From a virus, in IMG/VR virus record IMGVR_UViG_3300005613_000049, positions 5,309-69,308 of that record: a DNA stretch of 64,000 nt. One strand, given 5' to 3'. The notes under the pieces were generated by a model. That model was not told the DNA's origin, made no database searches, and saw only the letters and a program-made list of their open reading frames with translations. Shown here in pieces: positions 37,433-47,096 of this stretch; the stretch's first letter is position 1; each line of letters opens with the position of its first letter. A program made the position numbers and the translations under genes.

Positions 37433-38071
37433 TTATTTATCATTTTCCTCTTCTTGTTTATTACCTTTTTGAAGGAAGGTTATAGCATCAAATTTACCAA
37501 TATAATGAGCCCTATATATTAAAATTCTACTCATCATTTCAGCTTCCCACATATCTGGACCAGTAGTAGACATAGCTGAATTACACTCTAGATTACTAAA
37601 TGGACGCCTATGCTCTGTTGCAGTATAATAATGGTGGTTAAAAAAAGAATGACATACCCTATCAGCAGCTTGGAATAGATCATCCTCATCCATAACAATC
37701 GCCAACATTGAAAACTCATGAAATATATGTTTATATATATCTTTATATTTTTCCACTATACGGCTTCCATCTTTCCATAGCCCGTTATATTTGAATTTAA
37801 TGTTATATTTATTGAAAAATTCTTCTACTTCCTTTTTATATTTTAATGAACACCTTATTGTACTAAAACTACCCTCATAAAACAAGTGCCAATAATTATC
37901 CTTGTTTAACACTGTACCATACAACACAAGTATTGTTCTCCAGGCTTTTTCCATATTTTCATTAAAATCCAACAAATCATATTCAATAATATCATTTAAC
38001 TCTTTTGTACCAACATTGAAACGTGTGTATTTAATGAAATTTTTGAACATTTTAGTAATTCCACCAACCAT
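37433..38071 (-). CDS. hypothetical protein
   Basis: 212 aa ORF in operon. Confidence 0.55.
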   Translation of the reverse strand: MVGGITKMFKNFIKYTRFNVGTKELNDIIEYDLLDFNENMEKAWRTILVLYGTVLNKDNYWHLFYEGSFSTIRCSLKYKKEVEEFFNKYNIKFKYNGLWKDGSRIVEKYKDIYKHIFHEFSMLAIVMDEDDLFQAADRVCHSFFNHHYYTATEHRRPFSNLECNSAMSTTGPDMWEAEMMSRILIYRAHYIGKFDAITFLQKGNKQEEENDK

Positions 38072-38562
38072 TATTTTTGCCTACCTTTCACTATAAATTT
38101 TTCTAATAATATACAGGCCTCTATTTCGTTATTAACCCATGATTGTACTGCTGCTCTTACAAACGGGTGATTACATTGAAAATCTTCTGTTGGATCTCCG
38201 CTAAAGATACCTATTACTGTTTTTTCTGGCGCATCGAAAAACCAGGCTAACTCAAAAAGTGTTCCTATTAAAGGCCTACTGAGTGAAAAAATATTCATAT
38301 TAATAAAACCAATATTAGATATCCTCACTAGGTTTCTATCCATATGTGGCAACAATTCAATACCTTTCTCTTTTAAAGCGGTGTCAGAAAATTTCATCTC
38401 GTCTTTATTACTACTTTTAAGTATGTCATTATCAAACTTATTACTACATGGATTTATTATATTAACACGTTTATTGTACCAAAAATAATCTTCTACAGCC
38501 TTCCTCCAACTATATGTTAAAGGATTAGCTGTAACTTGTCCTAGTAAATATAAAGTATACAT
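38071..38562 (-). CDS. nucleoside 2-deoxyribosyltransferase-like protein
   Basis: LYLLG..., WR, INP, D, GTLFEL. Confidence 0.65.
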   Translation of the reverse strand: MYTLYLLGQVTANPLTYSWRKAVEDYFWYNKRVNIINPCSNKFDNDILKSSNKDEMKFSDTALKEKGIELLPHMDRNLVRISNIGFINMNIFSLSRPLIGTLFELAWFFDAPEKTVIGIFSGDPTEDFQCNHPFVRAAVQSWVNNEIEACILLEKFIVKGRQK

Positions 38563-38568
38563 AATTAT

Positions 38569-38853
38569 TTAGTACCTCTTTAACCTTTTTGGCGGTGGTG
38601 CTGGTGATACAATTGACGGTTTTTTTGGTAAAAACTCTTTATTAACAAAAAACCTGTTAGCTTCCTCAATGGTAGGAGCACATTTCTTACATAGGAAATA
38701 TTCCCTGCCTTTATTGCCTATCCATGGTCCAGTTACTTTTTTCCACATTGTTTCCCGTATAAAATCTTTTCCACACTTTGAGCATTGCTTCCAACTGAAG
38801 ATTGGATAATAAGTATAAACATCTTCATAAATTTCTTCGTGTTCTCTTTCCAT
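38569..38853 (-). CDS. zinc-finger hypothetical protein
   Basis: CSKC...CKKC. Confidence 0.5.
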   Translation of the reverse strand: MEREHEEIYEDVYTYYPIFSWKQCSKCGKDFIRETMWKKVTGPWIGNKGREYFLCKKCAPTIEEANRFFVNKEFLPKKPSIVSPAPPPKRLKRY

Positions 38854-39087
38854 TTACCTTTTCCCTTTCCTTAAATATTCATTAATTCAATCCTTTCTTA
38901 CTTTTTTTTCACCACATGGCATATTTTTTTGTACTATTTCATTTTTCTTAGTACAATATATAGCCTGTAATGGCCTACCAATTCCGGATCTATCTAAAAC
39001 ACCTGTGTCTATAGGTTTAGCATAAATACACATTATATCACAAAATTTCATATATCTAATCCTTTCTATCGTGGTCGTCGTTATTTA

Positions 39088-39120
39088 TATTATAGAATAT
39101 TTTACTATTTTTGCTAGATA
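39088..39120 (-). promoter_or_regulatory. conserved 33-bp promoter, copy 3
   Basis: Same motif as 28811. Confidence 0.7.
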
Positions 39121-39121
39121 A

Positions 39122-39619
39122 TTATTTACGTTTTCTATTATGTTTTTGTAACTTTCTTAAATATGTACTTTTTTTCATTTTAGTTACTTTATCTAACAAC
39201 AAAATTCCCTGTAAATGATCCACCTCATGTTGAATACATGCAGATAATAAACCAGATGCTTCTATATTTATAGATTTTTCTTCTTTATCAATGCCTTCTA
39301 AATACACTAATTGTTTTCTTTTTATCTTACCTTCAAACCCAGGTATACTTAAACAAGATTATAGAGAAAAAAACTCTTCTTTGTTTAAGGTTATTATTGG
39401 ATTTATAACTACCCTCAACCCTTTTTTATCTACATCAAATATTATAATCCTCATTGGTATACCAACCTGCGGCGCAGCTAGTCCTATTCCGTTATTCTCA
39501 TACATTATTTCACCCATAATATTTATGAGAGTTTGAATATCCCCATTAATTGTACTTACAGGTAAACACTTCACTTTCAAAATTTGATCTGGATATGTAT
39601 GTATATGCATTATGTTCAA
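39122..39619 (-). pseudogene. def: peptide deformylase with one in-frame TAA
   Basis: GIGLAAPQVG, (E->*)SCLSIPG and QHEVDHL all in one frame; TAA at 39361-39359. Confidence 0.85.
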
Positions 39620-40398
39620 TTCCTTTTAATAACTTTTTCTAGTTTTGTTCTAATATAATAATTTCTACCTTCTTTACTTCTACATTTTTTACAATGTCTT
39701 CTGAGCCCACTATATCTTTTATTATCTTTTCCAAATAGTTCTATCGGCAAACATTTTTTACAATTACTACACCAATGAAAGCCTTTTTTACAATCTTCGC
39801 CTAATGTTTCTATTCTATTTTTTGGCTTATTGTATATATTACATTTTAAATGAGAAAATGCAATATTATTTAAATCCCAGAATAATTTTACATCTTTGTG
39901 TAACCAAGGCTTTTTATGCTCTATACTAAAATCTTCTATATTTTCAATAAGGCTTCCACACCTATAACAGAAGTTTAGATTGAGTTGTTTTACTAAATCA
40001 AACATTATTATTTTTCTAAGTCTATGAGCTGCTGTTCCAAAAGGCATACCTATAAATGCATCTCTGTTTTTTCTAGTAATTTCTTTACCATCAATTATTA
40101 CAGGATCTTTTTGTTTGCCATCTACTGTATTACATTCTATGTGGGAAAATGCAATATTTTCTAAATCCCAAAATAGTTTTTTGTCAATTCCCAACCAAAA
40201 TTTTTTATGATCTATACTAAAATTTTCTATATATTTTATTTGTTCCCCACAACGGTAACATAAATCTTTTCCAAGCTGTTTTACTAAATTGAACATTATC
40301 ATTTTTCTAAGTCTACCAACAGCTGTGCCTATTGGCATACCTAAAAATTTGTCTTGATTATTCATTTTTATTTCCCTTAAAAATTTCATTAAATTCAT
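39616..40398 (-). CDS. HNH-like endonuclease with a tandemly duplicated domain
   Basis: CYRCG...FSI(D/E)HKK.W...FWDL.NIAFSH..CN twice, then a CSNC/CKKC finger. Confidence 0.6.
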   Translation of the reverse strand: MNLMKFLREIKMNNQDKFLGMPIGTAVGRLRKMIMFNLVKQLGKDLCYRCGEQIKYIENFSIDHKKFWLGIDKKLFWDLENIAFSHIECNTVDGKQKDPVIIDGKEITRKNRDAFIGMPFGTAAHRLRKIIMFDLVKQLNLNFCYRCGSLIENIEDFSIEHKKPWLHKDVKLFWDLNNIAFSHLKCNIYNKPKNRIETLGEDCKKGFHWCSNCKKCLPIELFGKDNKRYSGLRRHCKKCRSKEGRNYYIRTKLEKVIKRN

Positions 40399-40957
40399 CT
40401 ATAAATTCTTCTGGTGTGCTTACATCCAGCCACGCTACTATTTTTCCCCCTTCTTTTAATATCCCCGCCACCATTCTTCCATCTTTTTTTAATACCCTCT
40501 TTTTACACATATTAACGTATTTCTCTATAAATGGTAAACCTTCTTCATCTATAAAATGATAATGGTCCATAAATATAAAGTCATACCTTTTATCTGTATG
40601 CACAATATATTCCCAACCATCCATACAAACAATAGTATGTCTTGGGTCATTGATAAAATTAGTTTCCTTTTGCACATTAATAACATCTTGTTGTAATTCA
40701 ACAGTAGTTAAAGAATCTACACCATCACAGGACAATATATACTTGGAGGCTACACCTAACCCTAAGCCTATCTCTAAACAATCGCCATGTGGATAATCTC
40801 GTATTTGATCCTTATACTCATGTATTTCGTCTTCTATAGCCCACAATGTGTGACCTGGGCCTTCCTCTAAATGAAGCATGTTATCAAATAAATAAATTCG
40901 CATATTACCACTTTCAGCCAACAGTTTTCCATGTGTAAAATATATAGGAGTATTCAA
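40358..40957 (-). CDS. spermidine synthase-like SAM-binding protein
   Basis: LEIGLGLG, TTVE, DG..Y, YDFIFMD. Confidence 0.7.
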   Translation of the reverse strand: MNTPIYFTHGKLLAESGNMRIYLFDNMLHLEEGPGHTLWAIEDEIHEYKDQIRDYPHGDCLEIGLGLGVASKYILSCDGVDSLTTVELQQDVINVQKETNFINDPRHTIVCMDGWEYIVHTDKRYDFIFMDHYHFIDEEGLPFIEKYVNMCKKRVLKKDGRMVAGILKEGGKIVAWLDVSTPEEFIDEFNEIFKGNKNE

Positions 40958-40961
40958 TTAG

Positions 40962-42014
40962 TTATACCTCATTTATTATAATAAATTTTTTTTCTTTGTT
41001 TCTAACTATACCTATTTCTACTCTATCTGATGATTTAGTTAATAATAAACACATATATAAATCTCCTATTGTATTAATAGGTCTGTTGTTAAATTCAACT
41101 ATTTTGTCATCTATTTTTAATCCACTTTTATATGCTATACTATTATTTATAATACCAGTTATTATTACTCCAGCTACTGATGCGCCATTCTTGTTATTAG
41201 GAATAATTTGATAATTATCAATTAATCCGTTTATACCTAAAGCTATTCTGTCTACAACTCCCTTTGATTTAAGTTGGTTTAAACTAAACTTAATAAGATT
41301 TACTGGTAATACAAACCCTATTCCAGTGTTGTATCCACCATTTTCTTTAAGTACAGCCATGTTCATTCCTATGAAGTGCCCCTTTGTATTTATTACAGCT
41401 CCACCAGAACTACCCCTATTTAATAAAGAGTCTACCTGTATGAATGGTATTAAAGTCCCATTTCTGTGTCTATTTATACCACCAACAATTCCCATAGTAG
41501 CACTATCAATTAAACCGAACATATTACCAATAGACATCACAAAACTACCGATTTTTACATCATTCATAGTACCAAATTCGATACTACTAAATTTACGTAT
41601 ACTGTTTATTTTTAATAGTGCTAAGTCTAAACATAAATCCACACCTACAATAGATGCTTTATAATTGTGTAAATCTTTTGTTAATACAGATATATTTTCA
41701 CCATACCTAATTGTATGTGAAGTTGTCAAAATATAACCATCGTCAGTAATTATTACTCCAGCACTTCTTTTAAATGCACTGCTTTTCTGTAATAAATACG
41801 ACTGAACAGTTACTATACTATTAATATTTTTATTATATATATCTGAGAAAACATTAAAATCTATCAAAGATTTGGTTTTATTAGACAGTTGTGTGTTTTC
41901 ATAAATAGGTAAAATCACCCTATCATCAATATAACTAATATAGTTAAAAAGTATTAACAACGCAATTATAAAACTTAAAATGTACAATGTAAAACTATTA
42001 TTTTTTGATCTCAA
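40962..42014 (-). CDS. HtrA/DegP-like serine protease with PDZ domain
   Basis: N-terminal TM; GYILTTSH, DLALLK, NRGSSGG triad; GLK.DD.I PDZ. Confidence 0.88.
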   Translation of the reverse strand: MRSKNNSFTLYILSFIIALLILFNYISYIDDRVILPIYENTQLSNKTKSLIDFNVFSDIYNKNINSIVTVQSYLLQKSSAFKRSAGVIITDDGYILTTSHTIRYGENISVLTKDLHNYKASIVGVDLCLDLALLKINSIRKFSSIEFGTMNDVKIGSFVMSIGNMFGLIDSATMGIVGGINRHRNGTLIPFIQVDSLLNRGSSGGAVINTKGHFIGMNMAVLKENGGYNTGIGFVLPVNLIKFSLNQLKSKGVVDRIALGINGLIDNYQIIPNNKNGASVAGVIITGIINNSIAYKSGLKIDDKIVEFNNRPINTIGDLYMCLLLTKSSDRVEIGIVRNKEKKFIIINEV

Positions 42015-42018
42015 TTAT

Positions 42019-42258
42019 TCAGTCCTCCATATAAATATGTATAAACCCAGTGTTCACTCCGGAAAAATCACCGATTCTATATGATAACTTATATTCTTTT
42101 AACACTTCTTCGACAATAGTTTTTATTCTTTTACTATATCCTGTTATAATATCTAAATCCTCTTTAGATTCCCAATTATCTTCAATAAAATGAATAACTT
42201 CTGATTTTATCATGTAGTGCCTGACACCATGTAAATCCAATGTAATCATAAACCCCAC
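42019..42258 (-). CDS. Smr/MutS2 domain protein
   Basis: LDLHG, IITG, N.G. Confidence 0.7.
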   Translation of the reverse strand: MGFMITLDLHGVRHYMIKSEVIHFIEDNWESKEDLDIITGYSKRIKTIVEEVLKEYKLSYRIGDFSGVNTGFIHIYMED

Positions 42259-42269
42259 TCCCTATTATA

Positions 42270-42464
42270 TTACAAAACACCTTCCATTTTTTTATCAACC
42301 ATCTGTTCTAACCACTCCGGCACGTAATTTCCAGTAATGCCATATTTTTTAATTAGGGCATATTTAATTTTTATACGCCTGGCAACCGGGCACCCCTCTA
42401 TATGACCGCCCGGCGGGCAATCACAAAATTCAACCATACTCATATTTTTTCCTTTTCCTGTCAT
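42270..42464 (-). CDS. hypothetical protein
   Basis: ORF with RBS GGGAG. Confidence 0.4.
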   Translation of the reverse strand: MTGKGKNMSMVEFCDCPPGGHIEGCPVARRIKIKYALIKKYGITGNYVPEWLEQMVDKKMEGVL

Positions 42465-42481
42465 TTTTCACTCCCTTTATT

Positions 42482-42552
42482 TGGAGGCAAACAGTCTCGA
42501 ACTGTTAACTTCTTCCTTGCAAAAGAAGAGCTTTCCATTAAGCTATGCCCCC
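42482..42552 (-). tRNA. tRNA-Ala(TGC)
   Basis: CTTCT-TTTGCAA-GGAAG; G3:U70. Confidence 0.88.
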
Positions 42553-42556
42553 GTTT

Positions 42557-42627
42557 TGCCCTCAAAAGGAATTGAACCTCTATCGATCGCTTATAAGGCG
42601 ACTGCTCTACCATTGAGCTATGAGGGC
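42557..42627 (-). tRNA. tRNA-Ile(TAT)
   Basis: GTCGC-CTTATAA-GCGAT; A73. Confidence 0.85.
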
Positions 42628-42630
42628 AAT

Positions 42631-42701
42631 TGCTCCTGAAAAGAATCGAACTTCTATCGATCGGTTATCAGCCGATTACTCTACCATTGAGCTACAGGAG
42701 C
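42631..42701 (-). tRNA. tRNA-Ile(GAT)
   Basis: ATCGG-CTGATAA-CCGAT. Confidence 0.9.
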
Positions 42702-42707
42702 TTAGTA

Positions 42708-42779
42708 TGTGCCTACTAGGATTTGAACCTAGGACTTGCGGCTTGTAGAACCGCCACTCTCCCATTGAGTTATAGGCAC
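42708..42779 (-). tRNA. tRNA-Val(TAC)
   Basis: GCGGT-TCTACAA-GCCGC; C at position 33. Confidence 0.85.
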
Positions 42780-42786
42780 TCTTATA

Positions 42787-43131
42787 TTATACAGTATCAT
42801 GTCTATCTGGTATAGGCTCATATAAAAATCCAAGGGACTTTATGCGACCTTCTGACCTTTTCGCTAATTCGGACTCAATAGAATCGAATTTTTGTTGGGT
42901 TGTTTTTAGTCTCTCTGCATTAGTAAATTTTTTTTCATTAAATGCATAGTAAATACCTTCGGTATCTTCTCTATAGTCCCAAACACCGCCTAATGATTCT
43001 TCCCCAGATTCTTTGTTTATTATGACCTCCATAGCTAAACCTAGCGGATGTAGGAATCTTCTATTTAATTCTTGTAAATACCCTTTTTCTCTAAATTCTT
43101 TTATATCTATTTTTTTTATTTCGTCTGTCAT
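42787..43131 (-). CDS. hypothetical protein
   Basis: ORF with RBS AGGAG. Confidence 0.55.
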   Translation of the reverse strand: MTDEIKKIDIKEFREKGYLQELNRRFLHPLGLAMEVIINKESGEESLGGVWDYREDTEGIYYAFNEKKFTNAERLKTTQQKFDSIESELAKRSEGRIKSLGFLYEPIPDRHDTV

Positions 43132-43199
43132 TTTTTTACTCCTTTTTAATTTTTTTGTCCGGAAACCCTAGTCTGAGGGCTATTACTATATAATAGTGT

Positions 43200-43421
43200 T
43201 TAAATCTCTTGATTTTTAGTATTTTTTTTACTTTTTCTGTTTGAAGACCATGATGACAATGCAATTATTGGTATACCAAGTAGTATACAAAATAGGTATG
43301 TTACTAATTCAAACATACTAAATATGACTATTAATGCAATACCTAATAATATGAAACCAAATGTAATACATGCACCAATTATTGAAAAAATCAATCGTAT
43401 AATTATATTTAATATAAACAT
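43200..43421 (-). CDS. small membrane protein
   Basis: Hydrophobic body, basic tail. Confidence 0.45.
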   Translation of the reverse strand: MFILNIIIRLIFSIIGACITFGFILLGIALIVIFSMFELVTYLFCILLGIPIIALSSWSSNRKSKKNTKNQEI

Positions 43422-43540
43422 AACCCAATCCTATCCTTAGATTTTAATCTTTTTTTAAAGAATTTCTGTACAACTGTCATTAAAATTAGTATACAAAATA
43501 ATCCAGACACCATGATAAATAATTCTATACCACTAACCAT

Positions 43541-43744
43541 TTATATATCCTCTAGATCTGGTACATTCATAACATCCTTGTATTCTGCTAAAAGCGGATG
43601 CACATCACTATAAATGTTATATCCTTTAGATAGCAATACAACAGCATTATGAAGTTGTTCTTTAGCTATCTCTATATTTAAAGCACTACCTATAGCTAAA
43701 TTATAGTCAGCATTTTCTAATGTATCTAAAATTGATATACTCAT
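43541..43744 (-). CDS. hypothetical protein
   Basis: RBS GGAGG. Confidence 0.5.
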   Translation of the reverse strand: MSISILDTLENADYNLAIGSALNIEIAKEQLHNAVVLLSKGYNIYSDVHPLLAEYKDVMNVPDLEDI

Positions 43745-43759
43745 AAAAACCTCCTGTTA

Positions 43760-43966
43760 TTAATAATCCAATCCGGAAAACCTTCTGGATAAAGTAAGCA
43801 TATGGTCATGTATCTCTTTAATTTCAGCTCCTATGTCTAATTTATCCACCCTATCTTTTGCATTGACTAGTAATAATCTATGCAGTCTTTCTAACTCCTT
43901 ATCAAAATACTTCATATGTTGTACTGCTTTATTACGCATATGATGTGAATACAGTGATAATCCCAT
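43760..43966 (-). CDS. hypothetical protein
   Basis: RBS GGGAGG. Confidence 0.5.
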   Translation of the reverse strand: MGLSLYSHHMRNKAVQHMKYFDKELERLHRLLLVNAKDRVDKLDIGAEIKEIHDHMLTLSRRFSGLDY

Positions 43967-44155
43967 AATAAAAACCTCCCTGAATCAAAATTTTACTCGT
44001 CGGGGTAAAAAGGTTTAATTTGTTAGTGTTTTGTTTATCAAACAAATAAATATACATAATAATATACTATTACATAGGTCCGTTTCTTTTATTGTTGATA
44101 ATTACTATTATTAATGATATTAGTGTTAGTGTAATAAGTGTGTCAAATGGTGTTA

Positions 44156-44338
44156 TCATTCTTTCTCCGGTATCTCTACTAATTCGCACCTTACTAGGTT
44201 AAAATAAGTATTACAGTTATTACATTTTAAAAATAAGTCTTGTGTGGTTTTATCTACTAATATAGTCATTTTATGATTATTATTATTACAGTGTGGGCAT
44301 GATATACTAATATCAAATTTTATATCCTTTTTTTTCAT
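44156..44338 (-). CDS. small zinc-ribbon protein
   Basis: CPHC...CNNC. Confidence 0.45.
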   Translation of the reverse strand: MKKKDIKFDISISCPHCNNNNHKMTILVDKTTQDLFLKCNNCNTYFNLVRCELVEIPEKE

Positions 44339-44485
44339 TGTTTATCCCCTTCGTTTTCTTCTTTTATTACTTCCTTATTTTTTTTGTAACATCCGTATAC
44401 TACTCCTATTCCAAATATAAATATAAATACTAATATACATAGTACAAATATAGTTAGTATAGTTGTTAGTGGTGACATAATTCTA

Positions 44486-44968
44486 TTACTCCTTTCCTTT
44501 ATATATATCTAATATATTATTTATTATAGTAGAAGTGGATATTTCTACATCAAATGATATACGTACTACCTTACCTCCTGTAGCATTCACGAAGTCTGCA
44601 CCTACTATATCTTTTTCTTCCCAGTCTTTTCCTTTTACTAATATATCAGGCTGTATATATTTTATTAGTTCTAAAGGAGTCTCTTCATCAAAGAGTATTA
44701 CTGCATTTACGAAATATAGAGATGCTATTATTTCTGACCTAGCTCCTTCCTTTATTATAGGTCTATTTTCTCCTTTAATTTTTCTAATGGATTTGTCACT
44801 ATTCAGTCCTACTATTAAGTAGTCACCGTAGTTTTTTGCATTTAGTAAATAATGTATATGTCCTTGGTGTAGTATATCAAAACACCCATTAGTAAATACT
44901 ATTGTACCATCTATATATTTCAAAACCTCTTTTATTTTTTCTTTTGACTTAATTTTGTGTTTCACCAT
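44486..44968 (-). CDS. rfaE2: D-glycero-beta-D-manno-heptose 1-phosphate adenylyltransferase (RfaE/HldE domain II)
   Basis: VFTNGCFDILHQGH, GLNSDKS...KG..RPI, FDEETPLELI, PDILVKG.DW, STS.II. Confidence 0.9.
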   Translation of the reverse strand: MVKHKIKSKEKIKEVLKYIDGTIVFTNGCFDILHQGHIHYLLNAKNYGDYLIVGLNSDKSIRKIKGENRPIIKEGARSEIIASLYFVNAVILFDEETPLELIKYIQPDILVKGKDWEEKDIVGADFVNATGGKVVRISFDVEISTSTIINNILDIYKGKE

Positions 44969-45058
44969 ATTTTTACCTTACATTAATAAGAACTTATAGT
45001 ATTTTTATTTTTATACCTCATTCTATTTTCAACTATATAAAAACCACTTATATATTAT

Positions 45059-45091
45059 TATTATAGAATATTTTTTAATTTTTGCTAGATA
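45059..45091 (-). promoter_or_regulatory. conserved 33-bp promoter, copy 4
   Basis: Same motif as 28811; heads the minus-strand arm. Confidence 0.7.
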
Positions 45092-45386
45092 AAAAATAGG
45101 TTTGGTATTGTGATGTATATAGGTGTGTAATAATTAGGGGTTTGTTATGTTATAGTTAGTATTTATATATCTATATATCATGGTCAACATTATTACCCGC
45201 CGTTGTAAAATTTCTAACAAGGACCCCAAATATCATGGTCAACAATACCAAACTTTCTAAACACTGTAACCGGGTCCCTATATATATGATGAGTATTACT
45301 AACTCATTATAATTATTATACCCCCACCAACCGTATTTGTAGGGGTATAGATTTTTAACTTTTAACTTTTAAAAAGGAGGAATAAA

Positions 45387-45743
45387 ATGAGAAAGATATT
45401 GATTGGTAACACATTTCCATTAGTGTTAATAAGGAGAAATACACTAATAAAACCTGTCCCAATAAGAAAAATTGACAAAAGAATAAACGTGTATTCGTTC
45501 TGGGGACATGCGAATACACTGAAGGTAGCGTCGGAAAAATTAGGAGTGGACCTTACCCCAAAGGAGGTACGTCCGGCTATTGGTCTTAACGAAAGAAACC
45601 TACCACTATTTCTTGGGGAAGTATTTAGAGAAGTATATGTATTCAACCCTGATTACAAAGGCACTTACCGTCCCAAAATCGGGGAGGAGGTAGGTGAAGA
45701 TATGATAAACGGATGGACAATGTTATTGATACGATTTTTATAA
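45387..45743 (+). CDS. hypothetical protein
   Basis: RBS AGGAGG; first plus-strand gene. Confidence 0.6.
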   Translation: MRKILIGNTFPLVLIRRNTLIKPVPIRKIDKRINVYSFWGHANTLKVASEKLGVDLTPKEVRPAIGLNERNLPLFLGEVFREVYVFNPDYKGTYRPKIGEEVGEDMINGWTMLLIRFL

Positions 45744-46150
45744 GAAAGGAGGTGATTAACATTAGTAGAATATTGGTCAATGTAGACTACGACGGGGTGG
45801 TGATACCCAATAAACTAGAGGAGGTATATCGCAAAACAACCATAAATAAATACATAAAAATTACATTAAAAACGGAAATGATGATAAATAAGGAATTGTT
45901 AAGGTTCTTTGCAAGGAACCAAGACAGATATACATTTAGACTGTGGACAAACAGAAACAGTGATTTGTATAAAGTAACAATAAATAGTCTTGGTAACTTC
46001 AAAGTAGTGTTTGACTCCTTCCACTTCTATGCTGGTGAAAAAGGTCGATCACGGGTGGAAGGGATAGTCATAGACAATGATAACAAGTATCTCCATTGTG
46101 GGGAACTTGGGGGAATATTATATCAATTTAAAGGAAACAAGGAGATGTAG
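45713..46150 (+). CDS. HAD-superfamily-like protein (start uncertain)
   Basis: VNVDYDGV motif I, LWT, IDND. Confidence 0.45.
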   Translation: MDNVIDTIFIRKEVINISRILVNVDYDGVVIPNKLEEVYRKTTINKYIKITLKTEMMINKELLRFFARNQDRYTFRLWTNRNSDLYKVTINSLGNFKVVFDSFHFYAGEKGRSRVEGIVIDNDNKYLHCGELGGILYQFKGNKEM

Positions 46151-46151
46151 A

Positions 46152-46406
46152 ATGAAAAAAGAAATAATAATAGTAGAGAAAATACCAGTGGGGATAGAGG
46201 AAACTATCCTCAATACAGTAATATCCAGGGACCTACGGATAGATAAGGATGACGCATTAGAGGCATTATCTCAAGATATAGAAAGCGAATTTTCCATATC
46301 CAATGATGGTATTTGGGGTAATACTGTAGATGTTAGTGAGATAGAAGGGTTGGGTATTTCGATAAGGGACAAGAGGTCCCTTGGATTTTACGCAAAGAGG
46401 TATTAA
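46152..46406 (+). CDS. hypothetical protein
   Basis: RBS AGGAG before MKKEII. Confidence 0.5.
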   Translation: MKKEIIIVEKIPVGIEETILNTVISRDLRIDKDDALEALSQDIESEFSISNDGIWGNTVDVSEIEGLGISIRDKRSLGFYAKRY

Positions 46407-46583
46407 CATTCAAAAGGGGGTTTATCCCCCAATACGTACATAGTATATCTGTGTATGTATTGGAGTACAAACCTAAAAGAAAGGAGGTAACATGCACAAA
46501 GTAGAAAGACTGGTAAGGAAGGCCATCATTATCTTTTGGATGGTCATAATACTAACTTTTACTATATTATAAGGAGGAGCAGC

Positions 46584-46853
46584 ATGCCTAAAAGTAAGAA
46601 ACATAGTTTTAGAGAGTTGTCAGAAAAAAGATGCGTAAAGTGCGGACGTCACATCAAATTAAATGTAGCCGAACGAAAACCAGCAGATTCACCGCTTAAG
46701 TGTTGGAGATGTTGTATAATGGAAAAGCTCGGTATTAATTTGAAAGTATACAAACAATATAGAAAACTAAGAAAAGGGTTAGTTACACAGGGGTTAAACC
46801 CATCTGCAGCTAGACAGTTTATTACAGATACACGCACGGGGGATAAAACATGA
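46584..46853 (+). CDS. zinc-finger hypothetical protein
   Basis: RBS AGGAGG; CVKC...CWRC. Confidence 0.5.
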   Translation: MPKSKKHSFRELSEKRCVKCGRHIKLNVAERKPADSPLKCWRCCIMEKLGINLKVYKQYRKLRKGLVTQGLNPSAARQFITDTRTGDKT

Positions 46854-47047
46854 CAAAAGATAAAAAAACCAACAAAGCCATAAGTGAATGGATAATATTC
46901 GGCATCTTCCTACTGTGTCTGCTGCCGTTTCCACAATTTCTGGCCGTATTCGTAGTGGCAATACTATGGGTGGAAAGACCATCCGTAGTATGGAAGAAAA
47001 TAAAGAAACTTTTTATACACAATAAAGAAAAGAAAGGAGGTGAATAA
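46850..47047 (+). CDS. small membrane protein
   Basis: ATGA overlap; hydrophobic. Confidence 0.45.
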   Translation: MTKDKKTNKAISEWIIFGIFLLCLLPFPQFLAVFVVAILWVERPSVVWKKIKKLFIHNKEKKGGE

Positions 47048-47096
47048 TAGTGTTGGTGCGAACAATAACAACATACTAAAATAAAAAGGAGAAAAA

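Noticed and set aside
37433-38071. Lantibiotic dehydratase C-terminal-like domain
   Set aside because: Only a vague resemblance (H..F.N), and no precursor or partner enzymes nearby
1501-44822. Many plus-strand ORFs opposite minus-strand genes (and minus-strand shadows after 45.4 kb)
   Set aside because: Fully overlap well-supported genes and have S/I/L/F-rich antisense composition with no recognisable motifs
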